From assembly GCF_009914755.1 (NCBI RefSeq), contig NC_060937.1: a stretch of 64,000 nucleotides of DNA, one strand, 5' to 3'. Shown one piece after another: positions 29,477 to 42,500 of the stretch; position 1 is the first letter of the stretch, and each line of letters begins with the position of its first letter. The translations under genes were made by a program, and so were the position numbers. The DNA is from the human T2T-CHM13v2.0 reference genome, Homo sapiens. The notes beneath the pieces were generated by a model. It did not search any database, was not told where the DNA came from, and worked only from the letters and a program-made list of their open reading frames with translations.

Positions 29477-29782
29477 ATACCTTTCTTTAATTAGTCCCAC
29501 ATTTCTTAGGCTTGTATTTAAGGCCCTCCACAAGTCTGTTCTTTGCCTGTCTCTTTCTGTCTGAGTTGTCTTTGTTGGATTTGAGCCCTTTGTTCAAGGT
29601 TTACTCATTGTCTCCTGAAGATGCATATGTATCTTTTCATTTTCTCTGTAATTTGTCCACACCAGTCAACCTACATAAGAACTTATTCTTTATTCTTCTT
29701 GTTCATTTATATACACTTACAGGAGGGTCCTAGTTTAATCTCAGGACGAAGACTCTTAAAATTCAGACAGAAGTTGGATGTT

Positions 29783-30142
29783 TGTTATAGACTGAGTTGT
29801 GTCCCCTGAAAATTCACATGTTGAAATCCTCACCCCCATGACTTCAGAGTGTGACCGTATTTGGAGATTGTGTCTTTAAAGATGTGATTAAGTTAAAATG
29901 AGATCATTAGGATGGACCCTAATCCACTATGACTGGTGTCCTTATAGGAAGAGGAGATTAGGACACAGGTGCTGAGGGAAGATGATGTGAAGACACAGGA
30001 AGAAGACACCATCTGCAAGTCAAGAAGAGAGGCCTCAGAAGAAAGCAACCCTGTTAACACCTTAGTCTCAGATTCTTTATTCCAGGCTGTGAGAAATAAA
30101 TTTCAGTTTTGTAAGCCACCTAGTCTGTAGTTTCAGCCATAG
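29783..30142 (+). mobile_element. MLT1B MaLR LTR
   Basis: tgttatagactgagttgtgtcccc; gtgaccgtatttggagat; gaggcctcagaagaaag. Confidence 0.88.
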
Positions 30143-33100
30143 TAAATGAATCTACTATCCCTTTAGAAAGGCAGTGAGTCTACTCAACTCCAGGGTACAC
30201 ACTCCTGCCACTCCTTCGGCACTTGTGCACAGGGAGAGTGAAGTCTTCACCCCTACTTCCATGCTTAGGGCCTCTCACTAAAACTAAGTGACACCCTGAG
30301 TAAACTATCTACTTGTCACACTTACCATCTGTCCTGCTCCCTTTTTTCCATTGACTTGATGAATCTTAGATTAAAAAAGAAAAACAAAAAAACTTTTCTT
30401 TCTCAAACTTCTAAAGCCCAATTCAAGGTACCCCTTGGCCAGTGTGTTTCTGCATGTATTAGTAACACCTGTCACTTACAGGGATTAGGTGCCCCTTCTG
30501 CACACTCTCATAATTCCCTGTGAATATCTCTACCGTTGTGTTTTACAACACCTTACACCAGAATCCAAGTAAAGCAGGGAAGCTATGAGCAGCCTCAGAT
30601 TTTACCCTGCATTTGTCATTGAGGCAAATTCAGTGCATCCCCTAAATTGATGCAGCTCAACATTACATTAATGATAAGTGGATAATTTACTGTAGATTTG
30701 GCGGGGAACTGGAGTGTGAGTGAGGCCAACCTTGCAGTGTTCCCATTCTGCATCTCTTCCTCCTTCCTGTTAGGTAACTGATGGCTCCTTACAAATCTCC
30801 TCTACTGAATAGAGCAGTAAAACTCTCATTTCTAAGTTGCATGTTCCAGTCAAAAATAAAAGAACGACAACATAAAACTTTGAAGTGCTAATTACTCTTA
30901 TGTTCACCAAAGAGTGATATTGGGTTATATATAATGAGGAGTACATTAGCTTCAAATAATATGGGATTCCATAAATATCAGGAGAGTAGTTTGTGATAAA
31001 CATAAAAGAAAAAACATGTTTTTTATCTGTACTAGTTTCAAGTATGTAGCTAGACTGTCTTCTGCTATATTAAATTGACAGTATGTTATTTTATGACCCT
31101 AAAATATGTATATCCCAAGTTACAAGCTATGTTCAATTCCAGTGAGATTTCTGTTAAGGGAAGACAGAGAATATTGAATGTTTTCTTTTCTTTTAAGCTT
31201 TGGAAATTAACACCAGTATTAAACCACACAAAGATAGTGAATTGTAGGGGTAAATAAACAAGATACTGGTTGTATCTCTATGTGTGTGTTCCCTAAATAT
31301 TTCTGTGGCATTTTCAAACTTTAAAAAATTTTTAATTAGTACTAATGGTTCAAAAAGCACACTGCCTGAAATAATTTGCTTTGATTGTAGATGGATCAAG
31401 AAGTTTTCTTTTCCATGTTCAACCTAGAATAGGAGAGCTGATCCTTCTGATCTGAAGAATTATGAGCAATCATAAATATTATGTCTAGGTAAGAGAAAGG
31501 AAAATAAATCCCATAATTAAATCATTACAACACAAATGGTCTTAGTTCTTCTCCTACCTACATTAAGTGTAATTACTCAGCATAGTAACTTCAAGAGACA
31601 CTTACCACATGGGGCGGGGAACTGCTTAGCAACATATTCATGAGTAATCGATTTTTTTTTTTTTGGTTTGTGCTTGGAAGGGAATAAAAAGGCAAAAGGA
31701 CGCCAGGCTGCAGAAAATAGCTGTGACAGTGGTCTGAAAGATGCTTTATGAATTCTGTAGTTTGTTTAGGGTGGCTAGCTTCTGCAGAATTTAAAATGAG
31801 TGCAAAGAGAGAGCCATGGAGTCACCTAACCTAAGTCATTGCTACCTACAGCATTATTCCCACTTTGGTGATGAATGTTTCAAGAGTCACTTTTTTTAAG
31901 GAGGCTAGGCAATAGTTTAAAGACTATTACCTCTCAGAAGTTTCCAGCTCCTTGTAACCTGATTTCACAATCTTTATTAGACCCCTATATGATTCCTGGA
32001 AAATTATCTCCAGCCTCAGGGCTCCCTTTCCCCTCAGGCCATGTTTAAACCATTTGTATAATTATTTAGAGAATTTCTCTGAGGTTTTGCCCTCAAACAA
32101 TTCTTTTCCTCCCCTTGCTTATTCCTTGTAATTTCTTGAATTCATGTGCAATTAGTATGGGTTCTGCAATGTAAAAATGACATAAACTATGCATTTCATT
32201 AATGATCCAGAATAACATCAGTTAAAACATACTGGGGGGACACATATTTGGGGGGCCAGGTGGGGCGGCCAGTTGGTTGATGGTCCATCATACAAAAGCT
32301 TTATAGTAATCAGGTCACTCTGGTCCCAGGACAAGTTCTTATATATGAACAGGAAAGAGTTGACACATAGACACCCTGCCAAATATAGCTGTAAAAGTGA
32401 CCTTTGCTGGGATGTCTGTCTGAGCCATGTATTTGTAGGTCTTTGAGTGCTCATGGTAACGACGGTGTGTCTGTCATGTTCCTGGACGTAGGACACGTCT
32501 GTTGGTCATTTTAGTACCTCTTTGCAACATTTTGTTTCTGTTTCTGATTCAGAGTTTGCTTCTTGAATGCAATACTGGTCCAGTCATTTCTTAGTAACAG
32601 TGAGAGGGGTTGATAGATATGTTAGCAAGGGCAAGTGACCTAAGTTCTTTAAGCCTCAGTTTTGTTGTCTGTATAATGGGCATTATGATGCCCGTATCAC
32701 AGTCATTTTACATCAACCAGACGTCAGTCAATCTCTCTCTCATCCTCAAATCTCTCTTTTTCTTCCTCTCTCTGCAATAATTCCATGTAACTCTCTCCTT
32801 AATCTATGGGCAGTGCTTTATATGTGCATTATTTGAAGTCAGGGAAAAAGATTATTTTCCAAACCTTCTGAGGCTATTGTTACTCCTAGGGTGTGTGGGC
32901 CCCTGTCTAAAAGTGATTGGAGTCACCTCAAATCAATGTGTCAAGCACTATTCTAGGGTCTCAATCTTAATCCTACAAAAGAAATACCTGGCCAGTCATC
33001 CAGAGATCTGTTTCTCAGTCCCTCTTCCCTTCAAATGGGATTGGCCAAGATACCCCAGGATGACCCCAAAGGCACAAGTCCAGGGGCTTTTCAGGGTCTG

Positions 33101-33238
33101 TGGTCATCCTCCCATGAAGGGTAGAAGATTAGAGAGTGCCCTGAGCGGGGAAGAAATGATCTGGGGCTTGGAGTGCCCTGCCCAGTGTCTCTGCCTGCCT
33201 ACTCCAGACACCAAAGATTGATTTCAAAAATTTTAAGA

Positions 33239-33705
<467 letters not shown>

Positions 33706-34354
33706 TCAAAAAGCTCCCTGACTGGGGACTGTGCACTTTCAATCTGAACTCTCTCTATTCATTAACTGTACATCCAATATAAGTTACATGACAGGTGCTA
33801 GGAAATGATCCAAACCTGTACAAATTCATGAAATCCCAGAGAGAGGAAGTAAATCGAATTTCTTCATAACTAACGTAAGACTCAAACAAAGCCTTCTCTG
33901 TCCTACAAGGTTTTCCAACTTAGGAAATATATGAGTTTAACAATAGAAGTTCTTGGATTTGTCATGTCAGATCCTCCATGACTTAAATTGTCAACAAGAG
34001 GTTTTATGGGGACATTTCTACAGGTACATAAAGCATCAGGCTATTTACAACATAAACAGATGCTGGCACCATCTGTTGGTTGATTGCTTATCACTCACAC
34101 AATGACCTCCTCTTTTTTTTCCTCTCTCTCAATCATTTATTTTTCTAAAATTATCAACCAAAAATTAAAAGAAAAACAACAATATGGCTTGATTAGGTAT
34201 TTTCCTATAATTCTTTTACCTCTTTCTTTAGGAACTTATGTTTCTTCTCATTTTGCTTTCTATCTTTTCCTCTTCCTTATTCTTGGTGAAATTGGCCATC
34301 CATGTTTTTCTGTCTATTTATCTGTCTATCAATCAATCAGTTATCTATCCATCT

Positions 34355-34640
34355 ATACTTGAAATAGATTTAAGGGGCCTAAATGCTGTTTTGTTACATG
34401 GATATACTGTGCAGTAGTGAAGTCTGCACTTTTAGAGTAACCATCACCCAAATAATGTACATTGTACCATTAAGTAATTTCTTATCCCTCACTTCCCTAC
34501 TGCCTTCCCACTCTTCCTAGCACCCAATGTCTATTATTCCACTCTCTGGGTCCATGTGTACACATTGTTTATCTCCCATTTATAAGTGAGAACATGCGGC
34601 ATTTGAGTTTCTGTTTCTGAGTTATTTAACTTAACATAAT
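34355..34640 (-). mobile_element. L1PB/L1MA1-3 3' end
   Basis: gtaaccatcacccaaataatgtacattgtacc; tttataagtgagaacatgcgg. Confidence 0.85.
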
Positions 34641-36371
34641 TCGCCAGCCATAATGAGAATTTATAACATTTTAGGGTATTTGCTGTTTCCCCAAGTGTCA
34701 GCTCTCTTTATACTGGTGAATTGAAATACCATCATCTTAACCTTCAACCTGTTAAAAAGCCCACAAAATCATTATTTCTATATATAGTGGGGTTGATTTT
34801 TGGCTTCCTTGGCTTTTGGCTTTTACCTCAAAATTCTCTCTGATTTGGTGTTTTTGGAGTTGAGGCAGAATCTCAATTCCAACGTGGCTTACAAAGGTCT
34901 GCAATGAGACTGAATGACAATATTAAGATATTTGTATAATAAAGTTTATAAAGATCCTCCAATAATAAAATGCCAGCAACATAAAACTTTCCTAAATCTG
35001 AATGTTAAAGTCCCACATCAAATTCTTATTCCTTTGTGAGTTAAAAAGTCTAAAATCTATTTTTAAAAAGCATTCTTATAAAGGTCTTATTCTTCCCAGC
35101 CTACCACAGAAGTTCCTGAATATCCAGGGAGAGGCAATTTCTTCTGTATCTCCATCCTAATGATGTGTCTGCTTGGCATTGGTCTGGTTCCTTCAGGACC
35201 TCAGAAGCTGTATTGGTTCAATGAATGCTAAATATCCCAGGAGCCTGATCTTTTAAGAGTTCAAAGAGTTCATGGGACACATATGGGTAGCCCAGCACTG
35301 ATTATACCCATGAAATTAAGAAGCTTGTCCCTTGTCCCTAAAGCAATTGTCCCAGGTGTTAGTGTGATCTCAGGACCCAGTACTTAGTCTTATCCAAGAC
35401 TATAGGAGCAGTTCAACAGTGCAGCAAGAAGGAGGAGCTCCCACCTCAGGATGTGTCCATGTTTTCCAGTTGTCTGCCAGTTGCCGGTTGTCTGACCTGT
35501 GAATAGAAGCTCAACTGAGAGTACTCTCCAATCTTCCAACTGGCTGTTTGCCTGAAGCTGATAATGGATGATGATAGTAACTCAGATAAAGCTCCCAATA
35601 AATCTTCATTATCCTCATATCATTTGTTAATGTCTTGATGTGTGCCAGGAGCTTCTCTGAGTGCCTTACGTATGCAAAGTTGTGTAATAACTATCATTAC
35701 CCCAATACATAGCACCTTTCTTCTCAAACAATTTTAAGGAATTCGAGAAATAAAACCAAAGGTAAAGATTAAGCCCAAAATATCATCTTTATTGAAAAAA
35801 AAAAAGAGACTAGTTTAGAGGAATGAACCTTAGTATAAAAATTGAGTGGACCTCCTTCCTGAATTCTGGAATTGGGCTGACACAGCAACCCCAGTTCCAG
35901 GGGTGTGGCGTGAGGCAGACCTCTTCCCTTTGGGCAAGTACTTGCAAATTAAAGCTTGGAGGATGTGTCAAGCACTTGTGTTCCCTAGAGGAGGGGATTA
36001 TGGGATGGAGCTGAGTCAAGCATGTCCTGCTCTTCTGAAATTAATCTAGTCACACTGATGGCTTCACTCCCTGAGGTGAAGTAAGTAAATGGAGTTATGC
36101 TAATTGAGCTCTCTTTATAAGACAGATGCATCAGGAATGGGCATGAAACATTCTCCATAGTATGATAAGTAAAATTTTGGAAGTTTTTCTTTTATAATGC
36201 TTTTGTTTTGAATTATGTAAGTAATGTGGGCAATCATTGTGAAGTCTTATTGAGGGTCTTTTAGCAAGACAGTGACATGATGACTTGTCTTAGAAAGGTA
36301 ATTTTGGCAGCTGTGGTGAAGATTTGAAAGGAGACACTGGAGCTGGAAGAGCAATTTCAGAGTCTCTGAGA

Positions 36372-36690
36372 GGCCAGGTGTAATGGTTCACACTTGTAAT
36401 CCCAGCACTTTGGGAGGTCAAGGTGGGAGGATTGCTTGTGGCTGGGAGCTTAAGGCTACCCTGAGCAACAGGGCAAGACCCTGTCTCTACCAAAAAAAAA
36501 AAAAATTTCTGGGCATGATGGCATGCCTGTGGTCCCAGCTATTTGGGAAGCTGAGTGGGAGGATCTTGAGCTGAAGAGTTCATGTTGCAGTGAGTTATGA
36601 TTATGCCACTGTAGTCCAGCCTGACTGTCTCAAAAAAAAAAAAAAAAAAGAAAGAAAGAAAGAAAGAAAGAAGGAAAAGAAAAGAACAAA
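36372..36690 (+). mobile_element. AluJ with poly-A/(GAAA)n tail, within an L2 relic
   Basis: J-type gggaggattgcttg and gcaagaccctgtctc. Confidence 0.92.
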
Positions 36691-37470
36691 GAATGTTGCA
36701 TGAAAGACATGAGTAGGACAGTGGCCGTTGGGAGAATGAGAATACAGATGTGAGAATTTTTATACCACTGAGAGTGCTAACTTGGCAGTAATAATCAGTT
36801 GTAGTAGAGAACTACTAATGGGATAGGCCAAAGTGGTTCTGAGATTTAGGACAGACATTAGGAGCGTGTATGCTTTGGTCCTAGAACCATAATATTCTCT
36901 CACGTGAAGACTCACTTTTGGTGAAGATAGAAATTATCCCTGCGAGGGGTGGGGTTGGGTTGTCTTGTTTTTATTCTATAGATGGGAAAACTGAACCATA
37001 CTATAGTTGCCTTTTCTGTTAAAATTCACAGTTGGATTCTAGCACTATTATGTAGAGTTTATCCAGTGCTTTCTCATTTTTCTAGAGTATTTTCTACACA
37101 GAAGGGGACATGTTGCCTGCATTAAAATATTTCACTCTACTGGTTAAGTTGCTTTCATTGGAGGAGGTAGGGCTAGGATTTAATGTGGAAAAACCTGACT
37201 CATAGCCAACTGTATGCATAGACCTTGCTCAAACTTCTTCCTAGGAATCATCCCTTTTTATTAAGCCCAAAAGTGACTCAGAGACCCTTGGTGGTTACAG
37301 GAAAAAATACTTTAAATTTAGGAAAAATGAAATAGGATGATCCTCCCAACTCTAACTATGGCATCTCCTCTCCTCCCCTCTGCCCAGCCATTCTGGGATT
37401 TTCCACTGAAGAAAAGAAGCAGGGAGAAGAGAAGAATAGTCTAAAGTCATCTATACTGTAACAGAAGTGA

Positions 37471-37635
37471 ATTCATTCATTCATTCACTCATTCATTCAT
37501 TCATTCATTCACTCATTCATTCACCAAATAGTTAGGCGCCTTCTATGTATCAGACAGTGCTTTAGACATTGGGACGTATCAGTGATCAAAACAAAGCTCC
37601 CCATTCTGATAAAACTTATGTTCTAGTAGGGAGAA
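37471..37635 (-). mobile_element. L2 3' end with expanded (TTCA)n tail
   Basis: (attc)n 37471-37523, then L2 tail ttctatgtatcagacagtgc...ttctagtaggg. Confidence 0.85.
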
Positions 37636-37754
37636 ACAGCAGGTTGCTAAGAATGGTTCTTGATTTATGCAAAAAGCCACAATCTGCAAACCTTGTCTTA
37701 AATTGTTTTTAAGATTGAAAATGAAAAAGTAGAATATTAATTTTTAAAATTGCT

Positions 37755-37890
37755 TTTATTTTCATTTAAGATGGGGGTCTCACTGTGTTTGTGGCCCAGC
37801 CTGGTCTTGAACTCCTGAAGGGCTCAAGCGATTCTCCTGCCTCAGCCTCCGAAGTAGTTGGGATTACATGCATGCACCACTGTGCCCAGG
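37755..37890 (-). mobile_element. FLAM free left Alu monomer
   Basis: gggtctcactgtgtt...ggtcttgaactcctg...gggattacatgcatgcaccactgtgcccag. Confidence 0.8.
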
Positions 37891-38309
37891 GTAACACTAA
37901 TATTGAAGAACATTATTCTTTTAGATTGATCCCTTTAAATTGTAAGGTGACATTATCTTTTAGTCACCTAGGGGGACACATCCTTTTAGAAAAGTCTTGT
38001 GTTTTGTTACAAACATATCCCCAGCAGTAACTTCGGAGAGAAAAGATGGTGAGAGAAGTATTTCCTCTTTTTTACCCTGTGGCTTTTATCCCTCCTCAGG
38101 AGATAAAACTAAGTAATAAATGCCAGATAGTGGATACAATTCTAATAGTTTTGTTGTTTTTGTCACTGCTCTGAGTTACAGAAGATAACAGTGCTTTTCT
38201 GGACCATCTAAATTCCAGCACCTAAACTTTTATAGTGCAAAGTCTCTAGATTTCAATCACAGATGTGAAATGTTTTCAGTCCTGCTCTTCAGTCAAACTC
38301 TCAGAAACA

Positions 38310-38635
38310 CAGACAGTTCCTGACTTAAAATGGCTCAATTTATGGTTTTTTGACTTTACAGTGATACTCATAAAACCATTCTGTTTTTCATTTTCAGCAT
38401 GGTGCTCAATAAATTACATAAGATATTCAATACTTTATTATAAGGTAGGCTTTGTGTTAGATGATTTGGTCCAACTGTAGGCTAACGTAAGTATTCTGAG
38501 CACTTTTAAGGTAGGTTAGGCTAAGCTGTAATGTTCGGGAGGTTGGATGATTTTCATATATTTCCAAATTACAAAATTTTCAACTTAGAATGGGATTATT
38601 GGAGCGTAACCTCATTGTAAGTTGAGGAACATCTG
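38310..38635 (-). mobile_element. MER47A (TcMar-Tigger) MITE
   Basis: Terminal inverted repeats cagacagttcctgactta / taagttgaggaacatctg followed by TA; ggtaggttaggctaagct. Confidence 0.85.
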
Positions 38636-39512
38636 TAATGAAAGATGGGCAGGTGCAGGTAGGACAGCATCTTGAATTCTTGCTTTTCTTGTTAGTTCTC
38701 TCCTATACGTGGATGGAGATAGTCAAAAGCAGTGTTCAGGTACTGCCACATTAGATAACCAATGAAACTAACTTATCTTGCAGAATTTGACGTTAATTAT
38801 AAGCTAGTTAAGGCTTATTGGAGGTCTCCTTTAACAGGAGCTTCGTGTTATCTTTTTGGTCTGCACTATCCATTCAATTTGCCTATTTGCCTGAAGGTGG
38901 TGATAGGGGATGATGGTAATAACTCTGATAAGCCTCCTGATAAGTCATCCTTAATATCACGATAGCCCTGATTGAATCCTTAATGCATACCAGGGACTTT
39001 TCTGAGAGCCTTACATATACAAACTTGAGTAATAAATACTATTACCTCTCTTTTAAAGATGAGAAAATGTAACAATAGTTAAACAAATTATTAAAGATCA
39101 CCAAATTAAAAGCTGAAGGAGCCAGGATTTTTAGACATGGGGTCTAGGTACAGAGTCCATTCTCCTAACATCTATATTACATGGCAACTTGCTGAAAATT
39201 TGAAATCAGTATTAGAAATTATAATATTTTTAAATATATAAATTGGTAGTGTAGTGGGGACACAAATTTGTTCACATTTCACTCAAATTTTCAGAGGAAT
39301 AGTTTATTTTTTAATTAACAGATCTGCCGCCTTTTGCAGTGAGAAATATTTTTAGTTTGATATACTTAGAAGGATGCAATAATTTAAATAGTATCTTTTC
39401 ATATATTAACAGTTTGGAAAAAAACTGATAATCTCAGAAGCTTCTTTCTTTCCCTGCTTCTATCAAGGCATCTGGGGATATGGGTAAGGGATATAGTTTA
39501 AGAAATCTCATG

Positions 39513-42500
39513 GCGGACTTATTTCTGTTCTGGTGAACAAACTTGCAATAGACTTTTGCTTTCACCCTAAAAAAACCAAAACAATCTGAATAAGTTACAT
39601 AATTATAATTAAAAAATATTAAAAAGCCAAGGGCACAAAGAAACCTAAATAAATTGGACTTCAGAAAGTGGCAAACCCTTCATGAGAAAGAATCGATTCA
39701 TCCTGACTGAGACAGAGGGAGGAGGAGGAGGAGGGATCTGCCATACAGAAGATAAGAAAAAACAGACTAATTTTAACAAAATTTTAACAGCTGTGTGTGG
39801 GCTGGTGTGACAGATTAGAATCCAGAAAAGCTCCAGATTCAGATGAGACTGAACTACCACCCCCTCCAACCCCACTCTTTCTCATTGGTCTTCACTGAGT
39901 GCTGTGAGTAGGTCCTCAAAACTGGGGACAGGGAGAGTTGAAAACAATACGTGAGGTACATCAGAATTTCAGGGAATCTGCAGAATGACCATAAAGAAGG
40001 CAACACCTAGGTACATCATAGACCAACTGCTAGAAACCAAAGATAAAATGCAGATTTTAAAAGCAGCTATGAGGGAGAAAATACTTTGCATACAGAGGAA
40101 CAATTGCTAGTGACCAGAAAGAACACACATCAAAAGAAAAATTATACCTTTTACATACTGAAAAAACATCCTCTGTCAGCCTAAAATATTATATTCAGTG
40201 AAGTAATATTCAAATATGAAACTTAAAGTATTCATAGACAGGGAAAAGCTGAAAGAATTCATCTCTAGCACACCTGCATTATAAAAAGTGCAAAATAACT
40301 ATTTCAGACTGATGGGAAATGATTTCACATGGACAAGTTGGAATCCCAGATCTGCAGGAAGGAATGAAAAGAACCAGAAAGAGTAAATACCTGGGTAATA
40401 TAATGGAAGTATGTTTTAATAACTCCCTTTTATATACATACACAAATAAGTTTATTTTAAAAACTATTATTTAGGAAAAATACGGTATTGAGGAGTTTAT
40501 AACATATATAGAAGTAAAACATAAAACAAGATAGCATGAAGTGTGACAGAAGATAAATGGAATTATACTGTTGTAAGGTTACATTTTATATAAAGTTATA
40601 TAATATATAATTTATTTGCAGGAAGACTATATAATTAAATTCTCATCTAAACATTATTATTTGAAATTAGACTATATAAATAGGCTATAATATCCAGAAC
40701 TAATTTGTAAGATGCCATGAAAGAAGTGCTTAGAGGGCAAGTTATAGCAATTATATATTTATTTTGTAAACTCCATAAGACTAAAGCCTAAGATCAATGG
40801 TCTAAGCTTCTACCTTAAGAAATTAAAAACAATGGGCAAACTAAACCCAAGCTAAATTCAAATGAAACAAAAATAAGAGCAAAAATCAATGAAATAGAAA
40901 AGAGACAAACAATAGAGAAAACCTACATAGTCAAAGTTGAATTTTAAAGATCAGTAAAATTAACAAAACTGGAAAAAATAAAGCATAAGAAAAATACAAA
41001 TTATCAATATTAAAACCAAAAGAGATATTACTACAGATTTTACTAATGTTAAAAAGAGAATATTTTGAGCAACTTTGTACCAATAAATTTGACAACGTAG
41101 ATTAAAAAGGACAAATTCTTAAAAACATGAATTACCAAAAACTGTCAAAAGACTAAATAGAAAAATCTTCAAAATTTCTGTATCATTTAAGAAATTAAAT
41201 ATGTAATCAATAACCATTCTACAAAGAAAACTCCGGGCTCAGATGGCATTATTAGTGAATTCTATCCAACTGTTAATGAAGAAACGTGCTAATGAGAAAA
41301 TAAGTAGAAGAAAACACTTCCCAACTCATTTCGTAAAACAAGCATAACGCAGATAATAAAAATCTGTCAAAAACAATAGACCAAAAAAAGAAACCAATAT
41401 CTTGCATGAATATACACAAATATCTTTAACAAAATATTAGCAAATTAAATCTAACAGTATTTTTAAAATATAGTAAATAATAATCAAATGGGTTGGTTCC
41501 AAGAAAGCAAGGCTGATTTTACATTAAAAAAGAAGTCAATGTAAATGCCACATTAAAAGAATAAATGAGAAAAATAATAGTTATCTCAACAGATGCAGCA
41601 AAAGCATTTGACAAAATTCAATACCTCTGACCACACTTGGAATTGAAAAAAATTTCTGCAATCTGATAAACGGCATCCATAAAACAAAATAAAACAAAAG
41701 CACTAAAACCTAACATCACACTTAATTGACAGAACACTAAATTCATTCTTGCATCTAAGCACAGACGAAAGTGTCAGCTTTCCCCATTTAACATTATATT
41801 GCAGGCAAGAAAAATAAAAGGTGTAACGATTGGAAAAGATGAAGTAGGGTACATAATTGCATACCTAGAAAACGCTATGGAATTAAATCCTCTAAAACTC
41901 TGCTAGAACTAATTAGTGAATTTAGCATAGTGAACATGTTAAACTTTTTTATTCTTGGGAAGCATGTGTACATAGTAAACACTATGAATGAACAAAAATT
42001 CTATTAGAACTAATAAATGAATGTTAGCAGAGTCATAAAATACAAGGTTAATATGGAAAAAATCAATTTGAAAATGACAATAATATAATTCATAATAGTA
42101 TCCAAAGATATTAAATATCTAGGAATATATTTATGACAGATGTGTAAGGCCTTCACATGGTACTTAGAAAGCACTGCTTCAGTAGGCTGGGCACAGTGGC
42201 TGACACCTGTAATCCCAGCACTTTGGGAGGCCAAGATGGGTGGATCATCTGAGGTCAGGAGTTCGAGACCAGCCTGGGTAACATGGTGAAATCCCGTCTC
42301 TACTAAAAATGCAAAAATTAGCCAGGCGTGATGGTGTGTGTCTCTAATCCCAGCTACTCGTAGGAGGCTGAGGCGGGAGAATTGCTTAAACCCGGGAGGC
42401 GGAGGTTGCAGTGAGCTGAGACTGTGCCACTTCACTCCAGCCTGGGTGACAGAGCGAGACTCTGTCTCAAAAACAAAACAAACAAACACTGCTGAGAAAA

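Noticed and set aside
28963-29564. Several GC-rich ORFs
   Set aside because: They lie in or start within the MER50 LTR
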